Origin: an uncultured Nitrospinota bacterium
GTDB taxonomy: Bacteria > Tectomicrobia > Entotheonellia > J063 > CAVPRW01
Direction of reading: 5' to 3'
DNA: 64,000 bases
Assembly: GCA_963707985.1 (NCBI GenBank)
Contig: CAVPRW010000002.1
Location: 1-64,000, forward strand
Shown: piece after piece, positions 1 to 11,306 of the stretch
Position numbering within the stretch: position 1 is the stretch's first letter
Layout of the letters: every line of letters begins with the position of its first letter
The notes under the pieces: generated by a model
What the model saw: only the letters and a program-made list of their open reading frames with translations
What the model was told of the DNA's origin: nothing
The model's database searches: none
Program-made: the position numbers and the translations under genes

Positions 1-1844
1 CCACCGCGCCTGCGCGTCGAACAGCTCGGCATAGCCGGGATGGGTCCTGAGGATATTCTCGTGGCTGCCGGCCGCACGGATCGCGCCGTCTTCCAGGAGC
101 AGAATTGATCGGCCTGGCGGACCGTCGAAAAGCGGTGCGAGATGAACAGCACCGTTGGCCTGCCGGATTGCCCGTCGAGCCCGTGCAGGAGACTGGCGAA
201 AAAGCGCTGCTCGCCCTGCGGGTCGAGGGAGGACGTCGGTTCATCGAGGATGAGCAGCGAAGCGCGCGGCATCATGGCACGTGCCAGGGCGAGGCGCTGC
301 CACTGTCCGCCCGAGAGCTTCTGGGTGTGCTCCTCGAGGGCCCACAGCCCCAGGTGGGCCGCGAACGCCCCAGGCAATTTGTCAATGAACGCCTGGGGCA
401 CCGCCCCGCATGGCCGCCTCCCGGATGCGCGCCAGATCGTCCAAGGCGGCCAGTCGCCGTACCCGATCTGCTCGCGCACCCGCGCCTCATGGCGCATCGG
501 GTCCTGGAAGATCATCCCGATGTTGGCGTAATAGGACGCGAGGTCGATCTCGCGCAGATCGGTCCCGTTGATCAGAATGCGGCCCGCCGAGGTCATAGAA
601 CCGCAGGAGCAGTTTGATCAGGGTGGTCTTGCCCGCCCCGTTTTCCCCGATGAGTGCGACCCGCTCACCGGCGCGCAGGGTCAAGGCGACATCCCGGAGG
701 ATGTCAGGCTGATCCTCGGCGTAGCGGAACCACACCTGCTGGAACTCGATGGTGAGCGGCTCCTGCGGGCGAAGCACGCCTTGCCGGCCGGCGTGACGAG
801 GCGGGGGGATAACTGCAAAAAGGCCTGGAGGTCCGTGATGAAGAGGTCACTCTCATACAGATTGCCGATCGCCTCTGCGATCGTGCTCAGGCTCCCCTGG
901 GCGGTTTTAAAGGCGCCGATGAACATGACCGCGTCGCCGACGGTCACGGCGCCCCACACCACGCCGCGCGCCAGGAGGCCCAACCCGACGCCATAGCCCA
1001 GATCCGGCAGCAGCGTCTTGATGGCGAAGAGCTGCTGACGCCGCACTTCCAGCCAGAAATAGGCGCGCATGAACGTCTGCGCCGCCCGCCAGAAGCGCTC
1101 AACAAAGTGCGAGCTGAGCCGGAACAGGCGCATCTCCATGACGAACTGCGGGAGCAGCACCACATGCCGGAAATAATCGGCGTACCGATACCATTGACTC
1201 CACGCCTTGCTCCACGCGTAGACCATGTGCCCTTCGCGCACCCCGAGCAGGATGGCGGGGAGGGTCGCCGCGAAGAGGAGCCCGACGTACCAGCCGCCGA
1301 GCCGGGCGATGATGAACAGCACGGCGAGGAGGGCGACTATTTCACCGGTCACATTGAAGATGGCCCCAAGCACCTCCTGGACGCGCCACGGCGTCTCATC
1401 GCTGATGCGCTGGATGCGCTCTTGGAGCTGGTGATCCTCATAGCTGGCAATGTCGAGCACCGCGGCGTGCGCCATGATGCGGCGCGTAATGCCGTAGCGC
1501 AGCAGGTGGTTGAGTTGCGTATCGACGAGGCGACCGGCGCTCTGGAGCACCGTGCGCCCGGCCAACAGGAGCACTTCGAGCAGGAGATAGCCGATCGCCG
1601 CCCGCCACACCTGGCGGTCGCCGCTGCCGTAGCCGGCGCTCAGGGTATCGAAGATCAGTTTGGCAATATAGGCTTGGGCCGCGGGAATGCCCGCACTGAC
1701 CCCTTTAAGGACCCCACGACTGGTGACGAGCCGCCAATCCTCGTGCCAGGCCAGCCGTAGCACCGACCAAATGTTAGCCGTGAAACGCTGGAGCGATGCG
1801 ATATATCGTGTCATGATCCTCATGCCACCTTCAACGGTATGCAC
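1..1844 (-). CDS. ABC transporter permease/ATP-binding fusion (exporter type), several frameshifts, runs to the left edge of the window
   Basis: TM domain in ORF 681..1844. Walker [10 protein letters not shown] in ORF 487..777. Minus-strand reading of 1..330 gives [24 protein letters not shown] and ISHRFSTVR in shifting frames. Confidence 0.85.
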
Positions 1845-1996
1845 GGTTCAGTTCAAAACGGCAGCTCTGTGGCCCCTCCGTGTTGGCGTATTTTCCTAGA
1901 GGTGCCAGACTCCAGTTGTCTCGTGAGAGCCATAGAGGGGTTCCAGGAGCATCTGCCGGAAAATGTCCGGTAAGCGGCCCGGCGGAAAACATTTTT

Positions 1997-3142
1997 TTAT
2001 GGTCCTGTTTCTTCGTTGCGTGATTGGAAGAGCTTGCTGAATCGTCTGAGAGTGACCCCGACTCTCATCGGTGACAAACGTCTCCGTCTATCCCAGCTTT
2101 GCGGCATATGCTTTTCCATCGCAGCTTCGAGGGGAAGTGGAATAACATTGTTCAGGGCAGACTCACTTACCCTATTCTGCTGCTTCTCAAGGTGCTTCTC
2201 AAACTCACGAAGACGCAATCTGATGCTGCGAATCTCCGTGATTACTGTCCAATTATGAAGAAAGAGCGAGAGGCTTGAATGCACTTTTTCAAATGCGTGT
2301 ACAACCTGTTGTAGCATGCCAAGTGTGATGATGCCCATAAATACACCAGGACCCAGAATGAGGTATGGTGAAATAGTGACGAAGTAGTCGTACAAATTGA
2401 TCCAGACGTCAAAGTATCCGTAATGCATAAAAAGACGTCGGTAATTTAATTTAATGTTCGTGAACAAGTTGAGAAGCTCGTAAGTGTCCGCATAGTGAAG
2501 TTTATCATCCTCGGCAAGCACGAGTTGCTTCCGAAATGCGGCTTCGGCCTTTTGGTTGTCATATTCAAGCTTGGGAAGTTTGATTCCGACAATCCATGAA
2601 ATGCATAGGCCGCCAATACTGATGAATAACGAAGCCCATACCAGGAGACCGGGTCTATTTTTTACCCAACCCACATCGATTTCTCGGCTCAAATTCCACA
2701 GCACGGGGACGAATGCGATCAGCGTCATGGCGGCCTGCGCTATCTCTACACCCAAAGACTCCATAATTCTCGTAAACCGGAAGGTATCTTCTTGGATGCG
2801 CTGACTCGCGCCCTCTATGTCCTCAGTAACATTCTTCCAGCGTGGGAGATAATTAAATGTGATGGCTTCACGCCAGCTCAAGGTGTAGAGCCGCATGACG
2901 TAATTGGTTACAGCCGCCAATATCCAAAAAGGTCCGGTGATAAGAACCCAATACATCAGGCTCTTCCAAAAATCGTCCAGCGTATAGTCGTCCGGTCGCT
3001 GCAACATATCAAAAAACGTGCGGTACCACTCATTGACGAGTACCGCAGCGTAAACCTGCCCGTACAGCGATGCGAGGATGAAGATCCCTCCTCCATAGGC
3101 CCATATGAACCATTTTTTGCTGGCAAAAAACGCTCGAATCAT
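1997..3142 (-). CDS. SbmA/BacA-like (SLiPT) inner-membrane peptide transporter
   Basis: Motifs NEWYRTFFDMLQ, LSWREAIT, IEGASQRIQEDT, LEYDNQKAEAAFRKQLV and WTVITEIRSIRLRLREFE; multiple TM helices; no ATPase domain; visibly more AT-rich than neighbours. Confidence 0.85.
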   Translation of the reverse strand: MIRAFFASKKWFIWAYGGGIFILASLYGQVYAAVLVNEWYRTFFDMLQRPDDYTLDDFWKSLMYWVLITGPFWILAAVTNYVMRLYTLSWREAITFNYLPRWKNVTEDIEGASQRIQEDTFRFTRIMESLGVEIAQAAMTLIAFVPVLWNLSREIDVGWVKNRPGLLVWASLFISIGGLCISWIVGIKLPKLEYDNQKAEAAFRKQLVLAEDDKLHYADTYELLNLFTNIKLNYRRLFMHYGYFDVWINLYDYFVTISPYLILGPGVFMGIITLGMLQQVVHAFEKVHSSLSLFLHNWTVITEIRSIRLRLREFEKHLEKQQNRVSESALNNVIPLPLEAAMEKHMPQSWDRRRRLSPMRVGVTLRRFSKLFQSRNEETGP

Positions 3143-3529
3143 GGCCTTCCATCCGTGCACATCTGCTGCGTTGGTTGTGCTACACAGGTCATGCTGCCGG
3201 GTGTGCCTTCAGATTGTAGGCGTGTGGTCCGCGGAGTATCCTGTTGAAAGCCAAGGCATTTGGTCTTATCTCCAGGAGGCACCCCATGGACCACGACGTC
3301 ATCGTAGAGTCGTTGCTGGATGGTTGCAAGCATTTTATTGAGAACATGCTGAGATTCCAATATAGGGATCAATCATGTGCGGTGAGCCTGTATTTGGCCA
3401 TGACCTCCTGAGGTGTGCCAATGCCTGGGGGCACATCTGTGAGCTTGACTCCCAGCAGGAGGGCGAATTCGGCCATGGGAAAGATGCCGTAGAACCCCTG
3501 GGCAAAGACGATGACCTTGTCCCGGTTCT

Positions 3530-3990
3530 GTAAAGCCTCTGGGCAGACCGGGCCAGTCGTGCGCGGCCCCTGCCGCTTGGCGGCGCCGCGTTGGCACACG
3601 CCGTGCCGCACTTGGTGGGCATTGAACCCCACCAAGCGCATGCTCGCTTCGTCGCTGAACAGCAACTCCGGCAAGGCATGCATGCGCGCGATGCCAAACA
3701 GGCTCTTCAGGCCGTAGAGCAACGCATACTGCACCATCGGCACCAGCTCCCGTTGGACCCCCTGGCCTCGGACGTCCCCCAGCACAGCGCTGGCCCCCAA
3801 CTCCCGGAGAACGTGAAAGCACTCCTCGAGCACGGCCCCCGTATCCAAAGGGTAGACCCCGTCCACCCACTCCTTGCGGTATCGCCGCCGCGCCACGCGT
3901 GTATCATCCCGCCGGGCGACCTGCCAACACCACCGCTCGGCCAGGTTCGCGCTGCTCTCTGCCCGCGTTGGTGGCCTGGTCCACCGCCCT
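3530..3990 (-). mobile_element. Truncated transposase N-terminal remnant fused to an unrelated C-terminal fragment
   Basis: The segment VARRDDTRVARRRYRKEWVDGVY...YGLKSLFGI...LLFSDEASMRLVGFNAHQVRHGVCQRG...GPVCPEAL resembles a transposase N-terminus recalled from this lineage. No DDE core or terminal repeats seen. Sequence character changes abruptly near 3530. Confidence 0.5.
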
Positions 3991-4172
3991 CTCTTGCGGG
4001 CTGCTCCTCTAACGGAAAGTGGACCACAGCGCAAGCGTTCCCTGATATCGGAATCTCAGAACCTCCCTCCTTCATGGGCAGCAACCTCTTGTGGCAAGGA
4101 CCACACCAGTATACAATCGGGTGACATACTGATACTGTCCCTTGAGCACAGCGGAGAAGGAGCTCTAGCGCC

Positions 4173-5168
4173 ATGCCATACGTACAGCAAGGCATTATCA
4201 TTGGGCTCGTCCTGCTCGTAACCGGGATGGCCCGGGCTGGCGGGTCGAACTATGGCATCACACCAGGAAGTCGACCACAGGTTGAGGGGAAGATCAGCGA
4301 GTGGCAGGTGCCGACCCCTAACTTCGCCCGCGATCCGGCTCCTGGTCCAGATGGCAACATCTATATTACGGTCATGCACGGGAACAAGATCGCGCGCTTC
4401 GATACCCACACGCAGACGTTTCATGAGTGGGACCTGCCGGCAGGAGCACAACCACATGGTCTGCTGGTCGACCGTAACGGCCAGGTATGGTACACGGGCA
4501 ACGGTAACGGCACCATCGGGCACCTTGATCCAGCCACTGGGAAGGTAGTTGAACACAAAGCTCCCTCAGGCGGGGACCCGCATACGCTGGTCCTTGCTGA
4601 CCAGGGTGTGATCTGGTTTACGGTCCAGGGGGGCAACCGCCTTGGACGCATAGACACACAGACAGGGAGCATCAGCGAGTTCAAGGCAGCAGGCCATCCC
4701 TATGGCCTGGCACTCGATAAGGCTGGCAACGTCTGGTTCTGTGAGATTGGTGCTGGAAAACTGGGTAAATTAGACCCCAAAACCGGCACGATCACCGAAC
4801 TCACCCTGGAGTCCGACTCGCAGCCCCGCCGTATGGCCACGGCGCCAGACGGCTCTTTGTGGGTGACGCTCTACGGCAAGGGGAAACTGCTGCACGTTGA
4901 TCCAGTAACGGCCACAGTCATGCACGACTATGCCTTACCAGGCGGTCCAAAGAGCGGTCCCTATGCCGTAACGGTGGATGGCGCCGGCATCGTGTGGGCT
5001 AACGAATTTGCCACCGATACGATCGTCCGCCTGGACCCCCAGACGGGCCAGATGCGTCCCTTGCCTCTGCCGTCCAAGGGTGCGGGCATACGCAAGATGA
5101 TCGTCGATGCTGAGGGGCGGCTGTGGTATATGGGGAGCCATAACGGTCGCCTGGGGGTTCTTGAATGA
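4173..5168 (+). CDS. Secreted Vgb-family (virginiamycin B lyase-like) beta-propeller
   Basis: N-terminal signal peptide; about 7 repeats of the type P-x-G-L-x-x-D-x-x-G-x-V-W-F; RBS AAGGAG. Confidence 0.85.
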   Translation: MPYVQQGIIIGLVLLVTGMARAGGSNYGITPGSRPQVEGKISEWQVPTPNFARDPAPGPDGNIYITVMHGNKIARFDTHTQTFHEWDLPAGAQPHGLLVDRNGQVWYTGNGNGTIGHLDPATGKVVEHKAPSGGDPHTLVLADQGVIWFTVQGGNRLGRIDTQTGSISEFKAAGHPYGLALDKAGNVWFCEIGAGKLGKLDPKTGTITELTLESDSQPRRMATAPDGSLWVTLYGKGKLLHVDPVTATVMHDYALPGGPKSGPYAVTVDGAGIVWANEFATDTIVRLDPQTGQMRPLPLPSKGAGIRKMIVDAEGRLWYMGSHNGRLGVLE

Positions 5169-5290
5169 GACGTGAGGGAGCCTGAGCAAGCGAACTCCCC
5201 TGGGAGCTTAACCTCGTACCTGTGCCCCTCGAAAGTGAGGGCTAGGCGGGAAAGCTGTACATCCGGAGGAGTATATACGGCTTGCCAGAG

Positions 5291-5674
5291 CTAGTCAGGG
5301 ATACCGGCGGTGACGGTGATCTCCACCAAAAGCTCAGGGGAGTTCAGCATCACTTCCACGGTGGTCCGGGCAGGCTTGTTGGTGGGGAAATATTTGGCAT
5401 ACTCTTCATTGTATGCTGCCAGGTCCTCCCGTGTGGTCAGATGCGTGGTCACGGTCAGCACGTTCTCCAGAGAGGTGCCCGCCGCCTCCAGAATCAACTT
5501 GATGCGTTCGAGGACGTTGCGGGTCTGCTCACGTATGTCCCTTCCAACCTCGCCGGAGACTGGATGTCTGCCGGTCTGCCCCGCCACGAAGACCAGATTG
5601 CCAAACCGAGTCGCGGGGGAGAGGTTCGGGTTGGGGGCAGCCAATTGCACCTGGATCGTTTCCTTTTTGGGCAT
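5291..5674 (-). CDS. RidA/YjgF/Rid-family protein
   Basis: LVFVAGQTG, EQTRNVLERIKLILEAAGTSLENV, YF..NKPARTTVEV, LVEI motifs. Confidence 0.92.
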   Translation of the reverse strand: MPKKETIQVQLAAPNPNLSPATRFGNLVFVAGQTGRHPVSGEVGRDIREQTRNVLERIKLILEAAGTSLENVLTVTTHLTTREDLAAYNEEYAKYFPTNKPARTTVEVMLNSPELLVEITVTAGIPD

Positions 5675-5881
5675 GTGTGCTCTCCCTGGCTAGATCGGTT
5701 GAGATCACCTCACCTGTCACGGCTCGACAGCCACACTGTAGCACCAGGAGTGGGATGGATCAAGCATGGCGCAAAACACTCCCAGCAATCCCTTCCGATG
5801 AAGCCTGTTGTGTGATACAGTGGCAACGATACGGGAATATCCTTGACGGACATCAGGCATTGTCGCGCACAGGAGACCCAT

Positions 5882-6619
5882 ATGGCCATTTGGGATGATG
5901 TGTTGACGGAGCGGGACAAGCAAGTCTTCGCCGCCGCTGGGTATGGGAAGCGACAGGGCTTTGGCCGCCGACCGGCGGTCATCGTGGTAGATGTCAACTA
6001 CAACTTTGTGGGGGATGTCCCCGAACCGATTCTGGACTCGATCAAAAAATACCGCAACAGCTGTGGAGAGGAAGGTTGGCAGGGTGTGGCGCAGATCCGC
6101 AGGCTACTGGATGCTGCGAGGGCTACGAGCGTGCCGATCTTTTACAGCACGGCTCCATCTCGTCAGACCGCCCTGACAGCTGGCCGATGGCATGGCAAAA
6201 ACAGCCGCGGTAGCGAAGACTTTCACAGCCAGGCTCAGGACGGCAACGACATCGTGCATGAGATCGCCCCGCAAGACAGTGACATCGTGATCCTCAAGGA
6301 TAAGCCGAGTGTCTTCTTTGGCACCCCCCTGATGAGCTATTTGCACGAGCTCCAGGTGGATACGCTCCTGGTCGCGGGCACTACCACTAGCGGTTGCGTG
6401 CGGGCAACTGTCGTGGACGCCTTCTCCTATAATTTCAAGGTCGTCGTGGTGGAAGAATGTGTCTTCGATCGGGGCCAGACCTCGCATAAGATTAACCTAT
6501 TTGACATGCAGGCCAAATACGCCGATGTGGTCCCTCTCGAGGCTGCCCTCAGTTACCTGGACGAGTTGTCGAGGGAGCAGTCTGCAGCCCAGAGTCCCAT
6601 CATAGGGGCTAGAACCTAG
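5882..6619 (+). CDS. Isochorismatase-family cysteine hydrolase (N-carbamoylsarcosine/maleamate amidase-like)
   Basis: Catalytic D (VVDVN), K (KDKPSVF) and C (TTSGCVRAT); RBS AGGAG before ATG 5882. Confidence 0.9.
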   Translation: MAIWDDVLTERDKQVFAAAGYGKRQGFGRRPAVIVVDVNYNFVGDVPEPILDSIKKYRNSCGEEGWQGVAQIRRLLDAARATSVPIFYSTAPSRQTALTAGRWHGKNSRGSEDFHSQAQDGNDIVHEIAPQDSDIVILKDKPSVFFGTPLMSYLHELQVDTLLVAGTTTSGCVRATVVDAFSYNFKVVVVEECVFDRGQTSHKINLFDMQAKYADVVPLEAALSYLDELSREQSAAQSPIIGART

Positions 6620-6660
6620 CACGTTTGTGATCGATGGTCGGCACAGAAAGGAGGACAGGT

Positions 6661-7938
6661 ATGTTCATCGGGCACTTCACCGAACAGCCATGGCAAGATG
6701 ACAAGACCGGCTTGATGGGGACGCAGAGCCTGGACTTGAGTATCAGTAATGGCGTGTATGATCCGAAGGTCGGGGCTCAGCTCTACAACCGTTATATCGA
6801 TGAAAAAATCTACGCTGAAGAGATGGGCTTCGACGGCCTGATGCTCAACGAGCACCATAGCACCCCGTTCTGCATGCAGGGCGTGACCAATGTGGGGGCT
6901 TCGATTCTGGCCCGTGTCACCAACAAGGTCAAAATCGTCCTTCTCGGAAACATTTTACCGATTTGGGACGATCCTCTCTGGCTGGCCGAGACACTGGCAA
7001 TGATCGACATGATCTCCTATGGTCGCCTGGTTTCTGGGTTTGTGCGTGGTGGCGGACGGGAAAGCGTTTCCCACAACGCGCCGCCGCACTATAACCGGGA
7101 GCGCTTCGAAGAGGCCCACGACTTTCTCATCAAGACCTGGACGACGCCGGGACCGTTTCGCTGGGAGGGGAAACACTTCCATTATCGTTACGTCAACCCG
7201 TGGGCCAAGCCGTATCAGCAGCCGCATCCGCCCATCTGGATTCCGTCGACGGTGAGCATCGAAACCGTCAAATGGACCGCGCAGCACCGCTACCCGTTGG
7301 TCCTCCTCGCGACTAAGCTAGAGCCCACCAAGCAGGCTTTCCAACTCTATGCCGACACCGCGGCTGAAGCAGGCTACACCTCAGGCACCCAGAACGTATC
7401 GTACCTGCTCAAAGTCCACGTCGACGAAACCGAGGAGAAGGCCGAGGAGGTCGGACGCAAATATCTGTCCGGCGTCAGCAATCCCTTCCTCGCTGGCAAT
7501 GAAGGCGCGGTGAATCCGGCCATCATGAACTTGCCTGGTCTTACCACCCGGACGTCTCGGCGCCTCGCCGCTGCGGCCTTCGGCCCGGCCGGCCGATTCG
7601 GCACCAATCGCCGCCCCTACGAAGATCAAGTGAACGATCTGACGATCATTTCTGGTACGCCGAAAACGGTTCTGCCGAAGATCCGCCATGTGTTGGAGTA
7701 CCTGCGGCCAGGCAGCATTTTCTTCTGGGACGGGGATGGTGCCATGACCCATGAAGATCAGATGCGTAGCCTGCGGCTCATGGGTGAGGAGGTGATACCC
7801 GCGGTGCGCGAAATGGGCCAAGAGTTAGAGCTGTTCGGCCCGTTTGAGGTGGATCCGACTACGGGGCTCCCCGTGAACGGCAGCCCAGCGACGGCCCAGC
7901 CCGCTGTCGCCAGCGAGCCCTCGCCGATCAATGCCTAG
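6661..7938 (+). CDS. LLM-class (luciferase-like) flavin-dependent oxidoreductase
   Basis: AEEMGFDGLMLNEHH, P.QQPHPPIW, SGTPKTV, LMGEEVIP; RBS AGGAGG. Confidence 0.92.
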   Translation: MFIGHFTEQPWQDDKTGLMGTQSLDLSISNGVYDPKVGAQLYNRYIDEKIYAEEMGFDGLMLNEHHSTPFCMQGVTNVGASILARVTNKVKIVLLGNILPIWDDPLWLAETLAMIDMISYGRLVSGFVRGGGRESVSHNAPPHYNRERFEEAHDFLIKTWTTPGPFRWEGKHFHYRYVNPWAKPYQQPHPPIWIPSTVSIETVKWTAQHRYPLVLLATKLEPTKQAFQLYADTAAEAGYTSGTQNVSYLLKVHVDETEEKAEEVGRKYLSGVSNPFLAGNEGAVNPAIMNLPGLTTRTSRRLAAAAFGPAGRFGTNRRPYEDQVNDLTIISGTPKTVLPKIRHVLEYLRPGSIFFWDGDGAMTHEDQMRSLRLMGEEVIPAVREMGQELELFGPFEVDPTTGLPVNGSPATAQPAVASEPSPINA

Positions 7939-8109
7939 TCGGCACCCAATCGGCGCTGGGCCCAGTATGGTGCTTGACATGAAATCATCGCTGCCGTAGT
8001 CAGAGGGCATACTCCAGACGAATGACCCTGATGCACACGAAGATGGATTCCTATCGCATTGGTGCCTGCGGACCGCCGCCGGCGGTCAACTTCTGAAAGG
8101 AGCGAGACG

Positions 8110-8667
8110 ATGCCTAGAATTCCGATACCCACCCGAGAGAGCGTTCCACAAAACCTGCGTGAGGCCTTCGATGCAGCGGTCCAGGGCCGTGGCGGGGTGC
8201 CGCGCACCGGCCCTGGCTCGATCATGCTGAACAGTCCAGAAGCCAGCCGGCGTGCATCTCACCTGTCAGAGTACCTCCGTCGTGAATCCACGCTGCCGCA
8301 AAACGTTCAGGAACTCGCCATGCTGGTCACCGCACGCGAACTGGATTGTCAGTACATCTGGCAGGCCCATGCGGCCTCCGGGAGAAAAGCCGGCGTCAGC
8401 TCACCACTGGTGGATGCCTTGCGCGACAAGCAGCCGCTGCCGCCGATGAATCCCGACGAGACGGCAGTCGTCAGGTATGGGCAGGAGTTCTTCCGCACAC
8501 ACCGCGTCAGTCGAGGTGCCTTCCAGGCAGCGCTGGAACAATTCGGTGCGCAGGGGCTGACCGAGCTGACGATGCTGATGGGCTACTACGGCATGCTGGC
8601 GTTCTGTGTGAATGCTTTCGATGGGGACCTCCCCAGTGAGAGGACCGAGACGATGCTGCCGGTGTAA
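8110..8667 (+). CDS. Carboxymuconolactone decarboxylase/AhpD-like family protein
   Basis: QELAMLVTARELDCQYIWQAH, ELTMLMGYYGML. Confidence 0.8.
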   Translation: MPRIPIPTRESVPQNLREAFDAAVQGRGGVPRTGPGSIMLNSPEASRRASHLSEYLRRESTLPQNVQELAMLVTARELDCQYIWQAHAASGRKAGVSSPLVDALRDKQPLPPMNPDETAVVRYGQEFFRTHRVSRGAFQAALEQFGAQGLTELTMLMGYYGMLAFCVNAFDGDLPSERTETMLPV

Positions 8668-8691
8668 GCCTGCAGCGCTGACGGAGTCGCG

Positions 8692-11058
8692 ATGATGAAC
8701 GCTCGCCCGCCCCCCAGTAGGACCTCTGTTCCGACGGCCGCGTCGGTGCGCGAGCTGCGCGGCGTGGTGGAGCGTATTACCTACCAGAACCCCGAGAACG
8801 GCTATACGGTCGCCCGCCTGTCCCCTGAGCGGGGTGGTCCCGAGGCCGATGCCGCTCGGGGTGATGACCGCTTGGTGACGGTGGTTGGCACGCTCGTAGA
8901 CCTCACACCAGGCGAAGCCATCAGCGCTCGTGGATGGTGGCGCAATGACCCCAAACATGGCTGGCAGTTCATGGCCAGCGATTATCGTACCACCTTGCCC
9001 GCCACTCTCCAAGGTATCCGAAAGTATCTGGGCAGCGGTCTCGTGAAGGGTGTCGGGCCGGTCAATGCCGGGCGCATCGTCGACGCCTTTGGCGAGGCCA
9101 CGTTTGAGATCATCGACACCGCCCCTGATCGGCTGACGACGGTCAAAGGCATCGGGCCGGTGCGGGCGGGGCGTATCGCGGCCGCCTGGGTGGAACAACG
9201 CCATATCCGGGAAGTCATGGCTGCGCTGCAGGGGTTTGGACTATCGACCTCTCTGGCCGTACGCATCTACAAGCAATTTGGCGACCAGAGCGGCACGGTC
9301 ATCACCAAGACACCCTATCGTCTGGCCCGCGAGGTCTGGGGTATCGGCTTCAAGACCGCGGATACCATTGCGCGGGCCGTGGGTATCGCCCTTGATGCGC
9401 CCGAGCGTATCCAGGCCGGTGTCCTGCATGCCCTCAGCGTGGTGGCAGACCTGGGCCATACCCTATTGCCAGAAGGAGACCTGCTCGTCCAGGCGTCCGA
9501 CCTGCTCGGAGTCGAGGCTCCGCGTGTGGAGCAGGCCATCATGGTATTGCGGGACACCGGTGAGATCGTGGCCGCGGGTACGACTGACGCTGTAGCCAGC
9601 CTATACGCTCTGGCTCCATTCGCGCGTGCCGAGTCCAGCCTTGCCTCCCGACTCCAGACGCTGGCTGGCCTAGGCGCCCGAGCCCGCGTCGCACAGCTGT
9701 TCAGCCGGGCTTCGTGGCCCACGGCGTTCGCTTGGTTGGCTGAACGGCATGGACTACGGCTGGCGCCCGAGCAAGAGTCCGGGGTGCAGATGGTGTTGAC
9801 CTGCCCGGTGTCGATCCTGACTGGTGGCCCCGGCACTGGGAAGACGCACACCTTGCGTGCCGTAATGGCAATGGTCGTGGCGAAGGGACTGCGCTGCGTG
9901 CTGGCTGCTCCCACCGGCCGAGCGGCCAAACGTATGACGGAGGCCACCGGGCATCCGGCAGGGACACTGCACCGCATCCTGGAGCTGCGTCCCGGTGGTC
10001 AGGCTGGGCGGAGCCCAGAACACCCGCTCAACGCCGATCTGGTTATCGTCGACGAGACAAGTATGCTCGATGTGCTCCTCGCCAATCAGCTCGTGAAGGC
10101 ATTGGCACCGGGCACACACCTCCTGCTGGTTGGCGACCCTGATCAACTCCCCAGTGTCGGGGCCGGCGATGTCCTTGCCGGCTTACTGCGCTCCAAACGT
10201 TTCCCTGTCACCCGGCTCACACGGCTCTTCCGTCAGGGCGCCGGCTCCGGCATCGCCATGAATGCGCAGCGTATTTTGACCGGCGAGTTGCCGCACTTTG
10301 GTGGCGAGAGCGCCGACTGCTTCTTCTTGGCGGCGGAAGACCCGGCAACAGCGGCCCAACTGGTGGTGGACTTGGTGGTGCAGCGGCTCCCAGCTCGTTA
10401 TGGCTTTGGCGCTAATGATGTGCAGGTGCTCGTCCCCATGCATCGAGGCGAGGCTGGCGTCGGCGCGCTCAACCTACGCCTCCAGGAACGCTTGAATTCC
10501 GGGCACGAAGGGGTCCCAGAAGCCAGAGCCGGCGGTCGGGCGTATCGCCCCGGGGATCGAGTGCTTCAATTGCGAAACGATTACGAGCTGCAGGTCTTCA
10601 ACGGGGATCTCGGTACGGTCCAGGACATTGATCCGGTGGCACAAGAACTACTGCTTCTCCTCGATGATGGACGCGAGGTGCGCTATCCGTATGCCAACCT
10701 TTTCGCCCTGACGCACGCCTATGCCATCTCGGTGCATAAGGCTCAGGGTGCAGAGTTTCCTGCCGTGGTGATACCGGTGCTCACCAATCATGCGATTATG
10801 CTCGGGCGCACGTTGTTATATACCGCCATCACCCGCGCTCGACAGTTGGTCGTACTGGTCGGGCAGCCCAGGGCCCTGCGTTTAGCGGTGCGGGACTGGC
10901 GGCGGGAGCCACGCCACACCGCCCTTGAAGGTCTCCTCGCTGGCACCCTTCACTTTGCTTGGCAGCGAGGCACTACGGAGGGCAGTGACCCGATCGATGC
11001 TGGCGAACAACCCCTCCTGGAGAACCTCCTGGGAGGGACCTTCGCGGCGGAAACCTAA
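8692..11058 (+). CDS. recD2: ATP-dependent RecD-like DNA helicase (RecD2, SF1B)
   Basis: N-terminal VERITYQNPENGYTV, HhH motifs (KGVGP, GIGFKTAD), Walker A GGPGTGKT, IVDETSM, GDPDQLPSVGAG, SVHKAQGAEF, LLYTAITRAR. Confidence 0.95.
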   Translation: MMNARPPPSRTSVPTAASVRELRGVVERITYQNPENGYTVARLSPERGGPEADAARGDDRLVTVVGTLVDLTPGEAISARGWWRNDPKHGWQFMASDYRTTLPATLQGIRKYLGSGLVKGVGPVNAGRIVDAFGEATFEIIDTAPDRLTTVKGIGPVRAGRIAAAWVEQRHIREVMAALQGFGLSTSLAVRIYKQFGDQSGTVITKTPYRLAREVWGIGFKTADTIARAVGIALDAPERIQAGVLHALSVVADLGHTLLPEGDLLVQASDLLGVEAPRVEQAIMVLRDTGEIVAAGTTDAVASLYALAPFARAESSLASRLQTLAGLGARARVAQLFSRASWPTAFAWLAERHGLRLAPEQESGVQMVLTCPVSILTGGPGTGKTHTLRAVMAMVVAKGLRCVLAAPTGRAAKRMTEATGHPAGTLHRILELRPGGQAGRSPEHPLNADLVIVDETSMLDVLLANQLVKALAPGTHLLLVGDPDQLPSVGAGDVLAGLLRSKRFPVTRLTRLFRQGAGSGIAMNAQRILTGELPHFGGESADCFFLAAEDPATAAQLVVDLVVQRLPARYGFGANDVQVLVPMHRGEAGVGALNLRLQERLNSGHEGVPEARAGGRAYRPGDRVLQLRNDYELQVFNGDLGTVQDIDPVAQELLLLLDDGREVRYPYANLFALTHAYAISVHKAQGAEFPAVVIPVLTNHAIMLGRTLLYTAITRARQLVVLVGQPRALRLAVRDWRREPRHTALEGLLAGTLHFAWQRGTTEGSDPIDAGEQPLLENLLGGTFAAET

Positions 11059-11306
11059 ATGCTCAATGGACCTAACACGAGGCGTGACAGCGCCTCAAGA
11101 GCGCGTTGACAGAAGTCCAGCGTCTCTCCGTCATGAGCATGGCGAGATGGCTTCAAATTCTCAACTCGGAGTATGATACTATAGACTTCCTTTGAGCAGA
11201 AGGATCTCCCGTCGCAACGCCATGCCGGTGACGATCCGGTGCAAAGTCTATCCGGCGCCGGCGGGAGCAGCGAAGACACGCACCCACCAGGTTAAGGAGC
11301 TGACCC

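Noticed and set aside
4173..5168. Vgb-like gene as an antibiotic-resistance determinant
   Set aside because: It has a signal peptide and belongs to a broad beta-propeller family; streptogramin lyase activity cannot be inferred.
8692..11058. RecD2 as a mobile-element or defence helicase
   Set aside because: Canonical stand-alone RecD2 architecture with metabolic neighbours and no partner nuclease or relaxase.
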